Position numbers and translations under genes: made by a program. Source: an uncultured Gaiellaceae bacterium (lineage in GTDB: Bacteria > Actinomycetota > Thermoleophilia > Gaiellales > Gaiellaceae). From it: DNA of 64,000 nt. The notes under the pieces were generated by a model. The model did not search any database. It was not told the origin of the DNA and saw only the letters and a program-made list of their open reading frames with translations. Positions within the stretch are counted from its first letter, which is position 1. Every line of letters starts with the position of its first letter. Shown here piece after piece: positions 29,838-41,791 of this stretch. The stretch is taken from assembly GCA_963709715.1 (NCBI GenBank), contig CAVPXQ010000007.1:72384-136383 (forward strand), written 5' to 3'.

Positions 29838-30554
29838 CTACGGCTGCTCCGCGTCGGCCGCGACGCATTTGAAGCACGCTCGGAGCGGGACGAGGGTGGA
29901 GGGTGCGCCTCGGCGTTCGACGATCCGCAGATGACGGGACAGGAAGCGCTCGAAGCCTCCGGGCGACCACGAGTGGAGATGGAAGTTCTCGCCGCCCCAG
30001 TCAAGACTCCGGTCGAGGCGCCCCGTGCCCGGGAGACGACGGAGAGTGGACCGTAGTCGAGAGATGAGCGGATCGTTGGGAACCGTGACTACTGCGATCC
30101 CCGACGGCCGGAGGAGCCGTGTGATCGCCGCGAGCACCGCGTCGGGATCGACCACGTGCTCGAGCACCTCCGTGCAGATCACGCGATCGAACCGGGCGGC
30201 TCCCCAGTCGAGCTTGTCGACCTCACCCTTGACGAATTGCACATCGAACCCGGCAAGATTACGGCGGGCGTTGTCCAGGTAGACGCCAGACACGTCGAGA
30301 GCAACCAACCGAGACGTGGGAAACATCCGGAGGACGTGGCCTCCTCCCGAGCCGACCTCGAGAACGTCGAGCCCCGCAGCGTCCCCGACGAATCCCCTGA
30401 TGATGCGGAGCCTGCGCCGTTCGACGAATCGGACCGGCCATCGGGCGCGCTCGTAGTAGTCGTCGATCGAGTGCGTGCTCGCGAGTCGGTCGTTGACGGC
30501 CTCGATGTCGAGAGCCTCGGTTTGCATCTCCTCACCGTTCGTCGCAGGAAGCAC
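29838..30554 (-). CDS. class I SAM-dependent methyltransferase
   Basis: [15 protein letters not shown]...[13 protein letters not shown]. 238 aa. Confidence 0.8.
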   Translation of the reverse strand: MLPATNGEEMQTEALDIEAVNDRLASTHSIDDYYERARWPVRFVERRRLRIIRGFVGDAAGLDVLEVGSGGGHVLRMFPTSRLVALDVSGVYLDNARRNLAGFDVQFVKGEVDKLDWGAARFDRVICTEVLEHVVDPDAVLAAITRLLRPSGIAVVTVPNDPLISRLRSTLRRLPGTGRLDRSLDWGGENFHLHSWSPGGFERFLSRHLRIVERRGAPSTLVPLRACFKCVAADAEQP

Positions 30555-30665
30555 GAATAATCCATGCGTATTCTCGGCACTTCGCTCGCTTGCCTGAACA
30601 TTGTGCTCGGAAGACGCGAGTGCGCCGGCCTTTCGCGAGTCAGCGGCCCGCCGCCCGAGCGCTCT

Positions 30666-31063
<398 letters not shown>

Positions 31064-31080
31064 ATCGGCAGAATACCGCG

Positions 31081-31815
31081 GTGCGCCTGACCGTCATCGG
31101 CTCGTCGCCGGCGTGGCCGAACCCGGGGAGCGCACACTCCGGGTACATGCTCGAGGCCGACGGGAGCCGTGTGCTCCTCGACTGCGGGCCCGGCGTGCTC
31201 GGTCGCCTGCGCGAGGACACCATGTGGCCTGAGGTCGACGCGATCGCGATCACGCACTGGCACCTCGACCACTGGGGCGACCTCGTGCCCTGGGTGTGGG
31301 GCACCTTCTACCTCGCCGACCGAACGGCCCGGCGAGGAAGCCCGAGCTCTGGGTGCAGCCGGCCGGAGCGGAGTTCCTCGCCGAGCTCGGCGAGCGTCTC
31401 GGCTTCCCCGACATGTTCGAGCGCACCTTCGATCTCGCGGAGTACGAGCCCGACACGCCGTTCCACGATCGGGAAGCTCTCGGTGACACCGCACGCGGGT
31501 GCCGCACTACACGGCTCGAGACGTACGCCTTCCGAGTGCAGTCGAACGGCGCCGTGCTGACGTACTCGGGCGACTCCGCCCCTTCGGACGAGCTGGTCGA
31601 AGCGGCGCGCGATGCCGATCTCTTCGTCTGTGAAGCGACGCTTCTCCGCGGCGACCTCGACGGCGAGCCGCGCGGACACCTCTCGCTCGACGAGGCGGTC
31701 GAGGCGTTCGAGGCGTCCGGGGCGAAGCGACTCCTCGTCACCCATCGCCCGCGCGAGCTCCCGACACCGAGACGAGTTCGAGTTGGCATACGACGGTCTC
31801 GAGCTCGAGGTCTGA
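31081..31815 (+). pseudogene. MBL-fold metallo-hydrolase, multiple frameshifts as sequenced
   Basis: [25 protein letters not shown]...ITHWHLDHWGDL (HxHxDH motif), then PELWVQPAGAEFLAELGE..., ...LETYAFRVQSNGAVLTYSGDS...LFVCEATL...LVTHRPRE, and DEFELAYDGLELEV* (stop at 31815). At least 4 frame changes. Confidence 0.7.
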
Positions 31816-31876
31816 GCTCGGCACGCCGAACGGCGCGCAGGATGACTCATCGTGCCTGAGAAGGTCTCGAGCATGA

Positions 31877-32848
31877 GTGGGAGACGGGCCAAGTCCTCCT
31901 GGCGCTGCTCGGCGTTCTCTCGAGCGTGTTCTTACTCTGGCTCGCGGTCCGAACGCGGACCTCGACGCTGTCAAGGACGCGCTCGCAGAGGCCCGCGTCG
32001 GCTCTCTCGCGCTCGCGGTGTCGTGGTGCGTCGGCTACGGGTTCCAGGCCGCCCGCTGGCAGCGGATCGCCGACACGCCCACCCTCGGGCTGCGCTCGTT
32101 CTACGGAATGCTGCTCGGCGGGGCTCGCGTGCAACAACGTGCTTGCCGGTCCGCATCGGGGAGCTTCTGCGCGCCGGCTGGTTGAGCCGTGACGCGCCGA
32201 TGCCGGGTGGCAGCGCCTTCGGCAGCGTCGTGCTCGATCGCATCTGCGACGTCGTCACGCTCGCCGTGTTCTTCGCCATCGGGCTGCAGGCGGTCGCGAG
32301 CGCGGCCTGGCTCGTCAGGCTCGCGTCGGAGCGCTCCTTGCGGTCGTCGTCATCGCCGTCGCGCTCGTGCTGGCGCGCGCTGTACACGTCGCGAGGGAAG
32401 GAGTGGGGCAAAGCGACGCCAGCGAGGCCGAGTCGTGCAGGATCCTCCTCGACACGGTCGAGATGCTCGGTGAGCCGATCGGCCGTCGCCGTGCAGCACC
32501 GTGGCTCGGGCTGACGGCCTGCACCTGGACGCTTGTCGGCGTTCGCCGTCGTCCTCGTCGGACGCTCGCTGGGGATCGAGCTTCAGCCCGCTCGAGGCGG
32601 TCTTCGTCACGTCCGCGCTCGCGCTCGGTGTCGCCATCCCGTCGTCGCCGGGCTACGTCGGCACGTACCAGTGGATCGGCGTCGCCGCTCTCGGCCTGCT
32701 CGACGTTCCGGTCGAGCAGGCGCTCGCGTTCTCGATCCTGATGCAGGCGACGTGGTACGTGCCGACGACGCTCGCGGGCGGCGCCGTCATCGGCGTGCGG
32801 GCGATCCGGGGACGGCCTGTGCGGGAGCCGGATCCGCGGCCGCTCTGA
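31877..32848 (+). pseudogene. lysylphosphatidylglycerol-synthase-TM-region (flippase-like, UPF0104) membrane protein, multiple frameshifts
   Basis: Fragments across three frames: DLDAVKDALAEARVGSLALAV...ARWQRI, NVLPVRIGELLRAGWLS...VVLDRICDVVTLAVFF, and SPLEAVFVTSALALGVAIPSSPGYVGTYQW...LMQATWYVPTTLAGG. The start is approximate. Confidence 0.5.
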
Positions 32849-32882
32849 AGGCGTCGACCTTTCACGCCGATACCCTCATGAC

Positions 32883-33824
32883 GTGATCTCGGTCGTCGTT
32901 CCCCTGCTCAACGAGGAGCGCTCGCTCGAGACGCTCTACGCGGAGATCGCGGCCGCGCTCGAGTCGCGGAGCGACGAGTTCGAGGTCGTCTTCGTCGACG
33001 ACGGCTCGACGGACGGGAGCATGTCCGTGCTCACGCGCCTCCACGACCAGCTGCCGAACGTCGTCGTCGTGCACCTTCGACGGAACTTCGGGAAGGCGGC
33101 CGCGCTGCAGGCCGGGTTCCTCGAGGCACGCGGCGACGTCGTCGTCACGATCGACGCCGACCTCCAGGACGACCCGGCCGAGATCCCGAAGCTCCTCGCC
33201 AAGCTCGACGAGGGCTTCGACCTCGTGTCGGGCTGGAAGACCCGGCGGAACGATCCGCTTCTGCGACGCCTCTTCTCGCGCGTGTTCAACTGGGCGACCG
33301 GCGTCGTCTCGGGCGTGCAGCCTCCACGACGTGAACTGCGGACTGAAGGCCTATCGCGCCGAGGTGCTGCAGGGCATGCGCATCTACGGGGAGCTCCACC
33401 GGTTCATCCCCGTGCTCGCCGCCTACCGCGGCTATCGCGATCGCCGAGATCCCGGTGAACCACCGACCGCGCAGCACGGCCGCTCGCGCTACGGACCCGA
33501 GCGCTACCTCCGCGGCTTCTTCGACCTGCTGAGCGTGACCTTCATGGGGCGCTACCGGTACCGGCCGCTGCACCTCTTCGGCGGGTCGGCGCTCCTCATG
33601 GGCGCGATCGGCTTCGTCGATCCTCACGTACCTCACGGTCCTCTGGTTCTGGGGCGAGGGGATCGGGACACCGACCACTGCTCACGCTCGGCGTGCTGCT
33701 CGTGGTCGTCGGGATCCAGTTCGTCTCGCTCGGCCTCATCTCGGAGCTCATCACGTCGCAGCACGAGGAGCGCATGGACGAGCGCGAGCGAATCGAGCAG
33801 ATGGTCGAGGACGTCCTGCGCTGA
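32883..33824 (+). pseudogene. GT2 glycosyltransferase, GtrB/ArnC-like (paralogue of 23317..24345), several frameshifts
   Basis: ISVVVPLLNEE...FVDDGSTDGS...NFGKAAA...IDADLQDDP...GWKTRRND, then NCGLKAYRAEVL...YGELHRFIPVLA..., then two TM helices and ...SQHEERMDERERIEQMVEDVLR* (TGA at about 33822-33824). Confidence 0.8.
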
Positions 33825-33834
33825 GCTCGAGCCC

Positions 33835-35046
33835 GTGAAGATCCTCGCGATCACATCCTCGTATCCGCGGTACGAGGGAGACGCGACGGCGCCGTTCGTC
33901 GAGTCGATCGTCCGCGACGTCGCCGACCTCGGCCACGATACCCACGTCCTCGTCCCGCAGCACCGTGGCTGGAGTCGGCCGGCGAGTGAGGGGCGCGTCC
34001 ACTTCCACACGTACCGCTACTCCCCTCGGCGCTCCTGGACGCCGTGGGGCTTCTCCGAGTCGCTCGGGGATGGCGTCCGCATTCGCACGCCGCTCTACGC
34101 TCTCGCGCCGGTCGTGCTCGCATCGGCCACCGCAGCGGGACGCCGGCTCCTCGCCCAGGGCGACTTCGACGTGGTTCATGTCCACTGGGTCGTCCCGAAC
34201 GGCCCCATCGGGGGGCTCGTGGCGCGAGGGAAGCTCCCCCTCGTCGTCAGCGTCCACGGCTCGGACGTCGCCGTATCGGAGCGATCGTCTGCGATCGGAC
34301 GTGCCACCCGCTGGACGTTCGGACGGGCGGCCGCGGTCACGGCGCCGAGCCGAGACCTCCTCGAACGCGCGGGTCGGCTCGGGGCGACCGGGCTCGAGCT
34401 CGTCCCGTACGGAGCCGATGTGGACGCGCTGTCCGCGACCTCCGAGACGGCAACGGCGATCCGAGCGAGGCTCGGAGCTGGAGCCGGCGACGTCGTCGTG
34501 CTGGGGCTGGGACGACTCATCCCCGTGAAAGGCTTCGAGGTGCTCGTCGACGCGTACGCCGACGCGGTGCACGAGCTCCCGGGGCTACGCCTCGTGATCG
34601 TTGGCGACGGCGACCTACGCGAGAGCCTGCAGCGACGAGCGGAGCAGCTCGGCGTGTCGCGCTCGGTCGTCCTTGCGGGCGCCGCGCGGCGGGACGAGAT
34701 CCCGGGGTACCTGGCAGCGGCGGACGTGGTCGCCATACCCTCGATCCGACACCTGGGCTACGTCGACGGCCTGCCGAACGTCGCGCTCGAGGCGATGGCG
34801 GCCGGCAAGCCGATCGTCGCATCGAGCGTCGGCGGACTGCCCGACCTCGTGCAGCCGGGCGAGAACGGCCTGCTCGTCGAAGAGAAGAACACGGGCGAGC
34901 TGGCACGGGCGATCGTCACGCTCGCACGGGATCAGGAGCTCCGGGCTCGCCTGGGCGCCGCGGGACAGGCAGAGATCCGCGAGCACCGATCGTGGACGGC
35001 AGTGGCGCAGCGCTTCGTCGAGATCTACGAGCGCGCTGCCCGCTAG
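33835..35046 (+). CDS. GT4 (GT-B fold) glycosyltransferase
   Basis: In-frame GTG at 33835 of ORF 33331..35046. [11 protein letters not shown]...VHVHW...VSVHGSDV...[32 protein letters not shown] (E-x7-E region). Confidence 0.85.
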   Translation: MKILAITSSYPRYEGDATAPFVESIVRDVADLGHDTHVLVPQHRGWSRPASEGRVHFHTYRYSPRRSWTPWGFSESLGDGVRIRTPLYALAPVVLASATAAGRRLLAQGDFDVVHVHWVVPNGPIGGLVARGKLPLVVSVHGSDVAVSERSSAIGRATRWTFGRAAAVTAPSRDLLERAGRLGATGLELVPYGADVDALSATSETATAIRARLGAGAGDVVVLGLGRLIPVKGFEVLVDAYADAVHELPGLRLVIVGDGDLRESLQRRAEQLGVSRSVVLAGAARRDEIPGYLAAADVVAIPSIRHLGYVDGLPNVALEAMAAGKPIVASSVGGLPDLVQPGENGLLVEEKNTGELARAIVTLARDQELRARLGAAGQAEIREHRSWTAVAQRFVEIYERAAR

Positions 35047-36710
35047 AAGACCGGGGTCTCGCGCCACACGCCCCACACCTCGCGAAGCGCGTCGCACATC
35101 TCGCCGAGCGTCACGTAGTCGCGCGAGGCATCGACGATCGGCGGCATCAGGTTGACGTCCTCCCTCGCAGCGGCCGCCTTCAGCTCGGCGAGACGAGCCT
35201 CGACCCGGGTGGAGTCGCGGCCGGCCTTGACGCCGGCGAGCCGGTCGATCTGCTTCTGCTCGAGCGCCGGGTCGATCTTGAGGATCGGGATCGGTTCCTC
35301 GTTCTCGAGGACGTAGCGGTTCACGCCGACGACGACCCGCTGGCCCGACTCGACCTCGGACTGGTAGCGGTACGACGCCTCGGCGATCTCGCGCTGGAAG
35401 AAGTTGTCCTTGATCGCGGCGACGACGCCGCCGAGGCGGTCGATGCGGTCGAAGTACTCGTACGCCTGCGCTTCGAGCTCGTTGGTGAGCCGCTCGACGT
35501 GGTACGAGCCGCCGAGCGGGTCGATCGTGTCGACGACGCCGGACTCGTGCGCGATCACCTGCTGCGTGCGGAGCGCGATGCGTACGGCGTCCTCGGTCGG
35601 GAGCGCGAGAGCCTCGTCGAACGAGTTCGTGTGCAGGCTCTGCGTGCCGCCGAGCACGGCCGCGAGCGCCTCGAGCGCGGTGCGGACGATGTTCACCTCC
35701 GGCTGCTGCGCGGTGAGCGAGACGCCGGCGGTCTGGGTGTGGAAGCGCATGAGCAGCGAGCGCTCGTTGCGTGCGCCGTAGCGCTCGCGCATCTCACGTG
35801 CCCAGATGCGCCGGGCCGCGCGGTACTTCGCGATCTCCTCGAAGAAGTCGAGGTGCGCGTTGAAGAAGAAGGAGAGGCGCGGCGCGAAGTCGTCGACGTC
35901 GAGCCCGCGCTCGATCGCCGCCTCGACGTATGCGAAGCCGTCGGCGAGCGTGAACGCGAGCTCCTGCGCGGCTGTCGAGCCCGCCTCGCGGATGTGGTAC
36001 CCGGAGATCGAGACCGGGTGGAAGAGCGGCATCTCTCGCGCGCAGAACTCGATCATGTCCACGACGAGCCGCATCGACGGCTCGGGCGGGAAGATCCATT
36101 CCTTCTGCGCGATGTACTCCTTGAGGATGTCCGTCTGGGCGGTGCCGCGGAGTCGGTCGCGCGGAACGCCCTGCTCCTCGCCGACGCAGACGTAGTACGC
36201 GAGCACGATCGCTGCGGGCGAGTTGATGGTCATCGAGGTCGAGACGTCGCCGAGCGGGATCCCCGCGAAGAGTGTCTTCATGTCGGCGAGCGAGTCGACC
36301 GCGACCCCCTCGCGACCGACCTCGCCGAGCGAGCGCGGGTGGTCCGAGTCGTAGCCCATGAGCGTCGGCATGTCGAACGCGGTCGAGAGCCCCGTCTGGC
36401 CGTGGTCGAGGAGGTAGCGGAAGCGCTCGTTCGTCTCCTCGGCAGTGCCGAAGCCGGCGAACTGCCGCATCGTCCAGAGTCGCCCGCGGTACATGGACGG
36501 ATAGACGCCGCGTGTGAACGGATGCTCACCGGGGTACCCGAGGTCGCGGGGGTAGTCGATCTCGACGCTCTCGGGGGTCGAGAGTGGATCGTTCTCGACC
36601 CCCGAGATCGTCGAGAAGAGCTCGTCGCTGCGCTCCGGCGCGCGCTCGTAGACCTCCTTGCGCCAGGCGCCGAGCGACTCGGACGCGCCACGGTCCTCGG
36701 TCGTCGCCAT
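35043..36710 (-). CDS. methylmalonyl-CoA mutase family large (catalytic) subunit
   Basis: 555 aa and intact. [69 protein letters not shown]. Confidence 0.92.
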   Translation of the reverse strand: MATTEDRGASESLGAWRKEVYERAPERSDELFSTISGVENDPLSTPESVEIDYPRDLGYPGEHPFTRGVYPSMYRGRLWTMRQFAGFGTAEETNERFRYLLDHGQTGLSTAFDMPTLMGYDSDHPRSLGEVGREGVAVDSLADMKTLFAGIPLGDVSTSMTINSPAAIVLAYYVCVGEEQGVPRDRLRGTAQTDILKEYIAQKEWIFPPEPSMRLVVDMIEFCAREMPLFHPVSISGYHIREAGSTAAQELAFTLADGFAYVEAAIERGLDVDDFAPRLSFFFNAHLDFFEEIAKYRAARRIWAREMRERYGARNERSLLMRFHTQTAGVSLTAQQPEVNIVRTALEALAAVLGGTQSLHTNSFDEALALPTEDAVRIALRTQQVIAHESGVVDTIDPLGGSYHVERLTNELEAQAYEYFDRIDRLGGVVAAIKDNFFQREIAEASYRYQSEVESGQRVVVGVNRYVLENEEPIPILKIDPALEQKQIDRLAGVKAGRDSTRVEARLAELKAAAAREDVNLMPPIVDASRDYVTLGEMCDALREVWGVWRETPVF

Positions 36711-36809
36711 CGGGCCGCATTGTAGGTCGGCAGCGAGCGCGCCCCGGCGCTGACGTGCGAGCAGCCGTCGGCCTGCCTCGGACGGGGGTCCTGATCGCGT
36801 GAACGGGGG

Positions 36810-37604
36810 ATGGGTAGCCCCCCTCGCCCGGCCGACGACACACGCGTGCAGGTGCGGCCACTTCTGGCACTTCTTCTCGGCGCGGCGACGGTCGCGGCGC
36901 TCGTAGGCGCCTCGACGAACGCCACCGCGGGTCGCGCGTGCCTAAGCGGCGCTCGTGCCGGCGGCTATTCGTATGCCGGGACGCAGGCAACGCACCGCGG
37001 ACACGGCGTCCGCGCGACCATCGCGCTGACGCGACTACCCGGCGTCGAGGCAGGTCACGTTGCCGGCTGGGTCGGAGTAGGTGGGCCCGGCCAGGGCGTG
37101 AACGGCGAGGATGCCTGGATCCAGGCAGGCATCGCCTCGATCGACGGCGTCGATCCGATGATCTATGCCGAGATCGCCCGCGGCGCCAACGCTCCGGAGT
37201 TCATCCCGATCGAGGAGGGGGTCGCGCTCGGCCGCGCACACCGGATCGCCGTTCTCGAGATGTCGGGACGCCCGGGTTGGTGGCGTGTGTGGGTCGACGG
37301 TCAGGCGGTCACCGATCCCGTCCGCCTGCGCGGCTCGTCCGGGCGCTGGGCGCCGATCGCCACCGCGGAGAGCTGGAACGGCGGCACGGCGTCCTGCAAC
37401 GCGTTCGGCTTCAGGTTCGAGCGGGTCTCCGTCTCGTACGGTGGCGGTGGCTCCTGGCGGCCGCTCGTCCCCGGGCACCGCTTCGTCGACGGCACCAACG
37501 TGGTGCACGACCTCGCATCGGCGCCGGCGACGTCCGGTGTCTACGCGCGGACGCTGGCCGGCCAGGCCGTCCTGCCGTACGCGTTTCTCGCTGCGTCGTC
37601 CTAG
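36810..37604 (+). CDS. secreted hypothetical protein (weak resemblance to G1/A4 peptidase-like beta-sandwich)
   Basis: Signal-like [20 protein letters not shown], then GWVGVGGPG....DAWIQAGI and ...ATAESWNGG. The family call is tentative. Confidence 0.45.
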   Translation: MGSPPRPADDTRVQVRPLLALLLGAATVAALVGASTNATAGRACLSGARAGGYSYAGTQATHRGHGVRATIALTRLPGVEAGHVAGWVGVGGPGQGVNGEDAWIQAGIASIDGVDPMIYAEIARGANAPEFIPIEEGVALGRAHRIAVLEMSGRPGWWRVWVDGQAVTDPVRLRGSSGRWAPIATAESWNGGTASCNAFGFRFERVSVSYGGGGSWRPLVPGHRFVDGTNVVHDLASAPATSGVYARTLAGQAVLPYAFLAASS

Positions 37605-39277
37605 GCGTTCTCCACGTCGACCGCCGCGAGCTCGAAGACCCCGGGCGGCAGCCCCATGACCGTCGGCCATGCCGCAACGAGCCGCGGATCGGAGCACGGC
37701 CGCGCGAGCGAGAACCCGGCCGTTGGATGCGCGACGTAGACCGTGAACCGGGCCTGGTCGCTTCCACACCCGAAGGTGAGCGTCGACGCCTCGGGAATCG
37801 AGATCGCTGCTCCCCTTCGTGTCGTCGCCTGCAGGTCGATCCCACAACGTCCACCGGAGCACTGGGCCGTGTATCGCACCGACGCAAGCTGACGACTCTC
37901 GATGCGGGGGAGGCCGTTCGCACGAGCGTATGCCGTTCCGCCGACGACGAGGACGGCGGCCGCGACGGTCGTGGCTACGAAGGCCATCTCGGGAGTGAGT
38001 CGAAGCGCCCGGCTGCGGCCAGCAAGCAGCGACCACGTCAGCCACGAGCCGAGAACGACCGCGACGACCGCAGTGAGGAGCGAGGCGAGCAGAAAGTCGC
38101 GAGCGAACCCGTACCGCAAGTGGCTGGGCCCGGTCATCGTGCTTGCCGCATAGCCGACGACGAGACCCGACGACGCGATCGTCAGCTCGAGCAACAGACG
38201 AAGCTCTCTCCCGAATTCGAACGACGCGCGTCGGCGCACTGCCTTCGCCAGCACGATCGCGACGCCCACGACACAGATCGGCAAGAGCAGGAGCGAGGGG
38301 AGCTGGATACCGAGCGGCAGACTCCACAGATCGACGTTCCGCCCGCCGTGAACGTCGTAGTCGGAGACCGTGCAGAGCGAGAAGTAGCACGGGTCGGCGA
38401 AGAGCTGGACGAGCTTGACCGGGACGAGCGCGAGGCTGAAGGTCGGCGTCTCGGCGATGTCCGCGCTCGGAACGCTTCCGGACTGGTGGTCGAGGTGGTT
38501 GGAGTAGAGGAAGAAGACGTCACGCTTCCCCGTCGCGCCGTAGACGGCGGCGGTCGTGACGAGGAACGCGGCGAGGCCGACCAGGTAGGAACGAGCGCTC
38601 GCAACCGGCCCCGCCGGGATCCTCAGCGCAGTGAGCCCCAACGCCGTGATCCCCCACGCGAGGACGAGCGCGAGAAGCTCGAAGCTCCGTGTCGTGGCCA
38701 AGAGCGCGAGGAGCATCCCGGCGAGCGCGGCGTGCGCCGCCGTCGGTCGCGCGGGGCCGAACCGGGCAACGAACAGCGAGACCCCGAGGAGCATCGCGAA
38801 GAAGTGGCTCCACGGAACGTCCGACCAGTACCACGTGCCGGCTGCGAAAACGAGCGCAGTGAACGCGACCTGGCTCGAGAGCGAGACGATGACCGGCGCC
38901 TGCGCAATTCGCGTGACGAGGATGCGGACGAGGACCAGCGCGGCCGCGACCGAGAGCGCGTACGAGGCCCGCGTGAGTGCCACGAGCGAGTCCTCGAGCC
39001 CGAGGCCGAGCACCTCGTGCAGCAGCGCGGCCGATCCGATGTACGCAGGCCCGACCACGCTGTCGGCGATCGCATCGGCATGCCCGTAGACGACCAGCGA
39101 GCGCAGCGCCTCGAGGTCGCGGCGCTGATCGAACCACGAGTCGAACATCTCGCCGGCCCAGCCGCTGACCGGCAGGAGCAGGTAGACGCCTATCCAGACG
39201 ACCGGGAAGAGCCGGTCCAGTGCCGTGACGACGCCTCCCAGCCGTGTCGGAGCTGTTTCGACGAGCGCCTCGTTCAT
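37601..39277 (-). CDS. polytopic integral membrane protein, uncharacterised (possibly GT-C-like)
   Basis: 558-aa intact ORF with at least 10 hydrophobic helices and a Cys-containing C-terminal soluble domain. Its stop overlaps the convergent gene in a CTAG. Confidence 0.5.
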   Translation of the reverse strand: MNEALVETAPTRLGGVVTALDRLFPVVWIGVYLLLPVSGWAGEMFDSWFDQRRDLEALRSLVVYGHADAIADSVVGPAYIGSAALLHEVLGLGLEDSLVALTRASYALSVAAALVLVRILVTRIAQAPVIVSLSSQVAFTALVFAAGTWYWSDVPWSHFFAMLLGVSLFVARFGPARPTAAHAALAGMLLALLATTRSFELLALVLAWGITALGLTALRIPAGPVASARSYLVGLAAFLVTTAAVYGATGKRDVFFLYSNHLDHQSGSVPSADIAETPTFSLALVPVKLVQLFADPCYFSLCTVSDYDVHGGRNVDLWSLPLGIQLPSLLLLPICVVGVAIVLAKAVRRRASFEFGRELRLLLELTIASSGLVVGYAASTMTGPSHLRYGFARDFLLASLLTAVVAVVLGSWLTWSLLAGRSRALRLTPEMAFVATTVAAAVLVVGGTAYARANGLPRIESRQLASVRYTAQCSGGRCGIDLQATTRRGAAISIPEASTLTFGCGSDQARFTVYVAHPTAGFSLARPCSDPRLVAAWPTVMGLPPGVFELAAVDVENA

Positions 39278-39627
39278 GCCGTCACTATCGACGGATTCTG
39301 CGCGGACCGCAGTTTCCCGTCTCAGCGGACGATCTTGACCGGTGTCCCCAGCGGGACCCGGCTGCGGAGGAATTTCCTCTGTCTCCCTTCGCCGCTCGGA
39401 CTCGACGAGAACCCAGGTGTGCTTCGCTGTCGAGGTTGCAGGCGCCGCACTTCAGCTCCCTGCTAGGCGCAGCCTATCCCCCGTTTGCGGGAGCGGCAAT
39501 CCCTCGGATGAGTGCCTGGACCCGCGGCCAGGCTCCAACGGCTCACCCGTACGGGGTACCGCGCCGAGAAACGACTCGTGGCCGAGACCCGGCGGGGCTC
39601 GTCGGAAGCCTGTGCGACACTGGAAGC

Positions 39628-40257
39628 GTGCGCGTCGTGATCGCCGACGACCACCGCCTCGTCCTCGACGGGATCAAGCGCGCGCTCGAGAGCGACGGCG
39701 GATTCGAGATCGTCGGCGAGACACAGTCGGGGACGCAGGTCCTCCCGCTGGTCGGGAAGACGAGCCCCGACCTCGTCCTCCTCGACGTGCGCATGCCGCA
39801 CATGGACGGGCTCGCGTGCCTCGACCAGCTCCGCACGCGTCATCCGGACGTCAAGGTCGTGATGCTGTCGGCGTCGTCGAACCCCGAGCTCGTCGAGGCG
39901 GCGTTGCGACGCGGCGCTGCCGCCTACGTGATCAAGACCGTGAACCCCGACGACCTGCCGGCGACGCTACGACAGGCGCTCGAGGGCAACGTCCATACGG
40001 CGATCGGCGGCGAGGAGACCGAGCGCGCGAGCGCGAAGGCCCTCGGCCTGACCGAGCGCGAGCTGACCATCCTCGGAGCGCTCGCCCGCGGGCTCTCGAA
40101 CGACGAGATCGCGAAGGAGTTCTGGGTCGCGCCGCAGACCGTGAAGTTCCACCTGACGAACATCTACCGCAAGCTCGGTGTGAAGAACCGGACCGAGGCA
40201 ACGCGCATCGCGTACCAGCACGGGCTCGTGGAGAGCCCGATCTACGCCGACGAATAG
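39628..40257 (+). CDS. NarL/FixJ (LuxR-type) response regulator
   Basis: GTG 39628 with GGAAG upstream. VRVVIADDHRLVLDGI...DLVLLDVRMPHMDG...VVMLSA.... HTH region: LTERELTILGALARGLSNDEIAKEFWVAPQTVKFHLTNIYRKLGV. Confidence 0.9.
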   Translation: MRVVIADDHRLVLDGIKRALESDGGFEIVGETQSGTQVLPLVGKTSPDLVLLDVRMPHMDGLACLDQLRTRHPDVKVVMLSASSNPELVEAALRRGAAAYVIKTVNPDDLPATLRQALEGNVHTAIGGEETERASAKALGLTERELTILGALARGLSNDEIAKEFWVAPQTVKFHLTNIYRKLGVKNRTEATRIAYQHGLVESPIYADE

Positions 40258-40260
40258 ACC

Positions 40261-41791
40261 ATGACGTCGACGGTCAGCCCGGTTGGCTCCGACGCCTCGG
40301 GACAGGCCCCGGAGCCCGAGCCCGGACCTGCGAGCGCGCCTGCTCCGAAGGGCCGGATCCGCCGGATCGCCGAGGAGGAGCACATCCTCGTCGTGCTCCT
40401 GGCCGGTTTCGGTCTCATCTTCCTCCTGATCTTCCCGCCGGCGCTCGTCGTCAACGACAGCTGGCTCAACCTCATGGCGGGCCGGGAGGTGGTCGAGCAC
40501 GGCCTGCCGAACCTCGACGAGATCACCGTCTACGGGCTGGGCGCCACGTGGACCGACCAGCAGTGGCTCGCGCAGGTGTTCATGTACGGCGCTGTACAGC
40601 CTCGGCGGTTTCGCGCTCCTCTCGCTTGCAACCGCGCCTTCGTCGTGGGCGCCTTCTCGATCGCCGCGGCAGCCGCGCGCTCGCTCGGCGCTGGTCCGCG
40701 CGCGATCTGGGTGATGTTCCTGCCCGTGCTCATGGCCGCACCGTGGGCCTGGTCGATCCGCGCCCAGATGCTGGCACTCCCGCTGTACACGGGGCTCCTC
40801 TGGCTTCTGTCGACACAGGCGAGGCGCCCCAGCGAGGCGCGTCTGGATCGCGCTGCCGATGCTCGTCGTCTGGGCCAACCTGCACGGGAGCGTCGCGCTC
40901 GGTGCGCTGCTCGTCATGCTGCTCGGCGTCTACGAACTGATCCGCGATCGCGGCTCGCGGTGGCCGAGGAGCCTCGCGCTGATCGTCCTCGCTCCGCTTG
41001 ACGGTGCTCGTCACGCCCTACGGCCCCAGCGAGACCGTGCGCTACTACCACCTGCTCCTCGTCGACCCACCGTTCGCCGGGCGCGTCACGGAGTGGCGCT
41101 GGGCAGAGCCGGCGTTGAACACGATGTTTTTCTACGCGCTGGCCGCCATTGCGCTGGTCGTCGTCTGGCTCGGACGCCGACGGCTCACGCTGTTCGACGT
41201 CGCCGTTCTTGCGTTGACGTTCGCAGGAGGCGTGAGCGCGATCCGCGGGATCGTCTGGTTCGCGCTCGCCTGCATGGTCTTCGCCCCGGTCGCGATCGGC
41301 CGCACTCTCGAGAGCCGCAACCCCGGCGAGCCGCGCCGCGGGCTCAACGTCGCCATCGCGACGGTCCTCACGGCGGCGCTCGTGATCGTCGCAGCCTCGC
41401 TCTTCTTCCGCGACGAGACGTGGTTCGAGGAGTACTGGCCGCGCGAGGCGGTCGAGGCGGTTCGCACCGAGCTCCAGCCCGACGACCGCCTCTTCGCGCC
41501 GGATCGCTTCTCCGACTGGATGCTCTTCAAGATTCCCGAGCTGCGCGGCCGCGTCTCGTACGACGTTCGCTTCGAGCTCTACGACCGCGACTTCTACGAA
41601 CGCCTGCAGGACTACAACTACGAGGACGGCCCGACTGGAAGTCGTTCGCGGACGGCTACCGCGTCGTCATCGTCGACGAGACGGTCGAGTCGCACACGCG
41701 CGAGCTTCGTGCCGAACCCGGCGCGCGCGTGATCTACCGCGACGACGAGATCACGATCGTGGCTAGGGCGCGCGCCGACTCAGCCGGTTAG
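40261..41791 (+). pseudogene. polytopic membrane protein (uncharacterised, GT-C-like), at least 3 frameshifts
   Basis: ORFs 40261..41001, 40859..41791 and 40998..41732 form one collinear protein: ...NDSWLNLMAGREVV...WTDQQWLAQV.../...LVVWANLHGSVALGALL.../...VLVTPYGPSETVRYYHLL...DWKSFADGYRVVIVDE.... It starts 3 nt after the response-regulator stop. Confidence 0.5.

Noticed and set aside
34044-36725. 893-aa plus-strand ORF, and similar giants at 36938..39466 (842 aa), 55454..58048 (864 aa) and 2450..4189 (579 aa)
   Set aside because: They have Arg/Pro/Gly/Asp-rich low-complexity composition. They lie antisense or out of frame to genes with clear family signatures (mutase large subunit, membrane protein, kinase, dehydratase). 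These are typical stop-poor shadow ORFs of a genome with about 70% GC.
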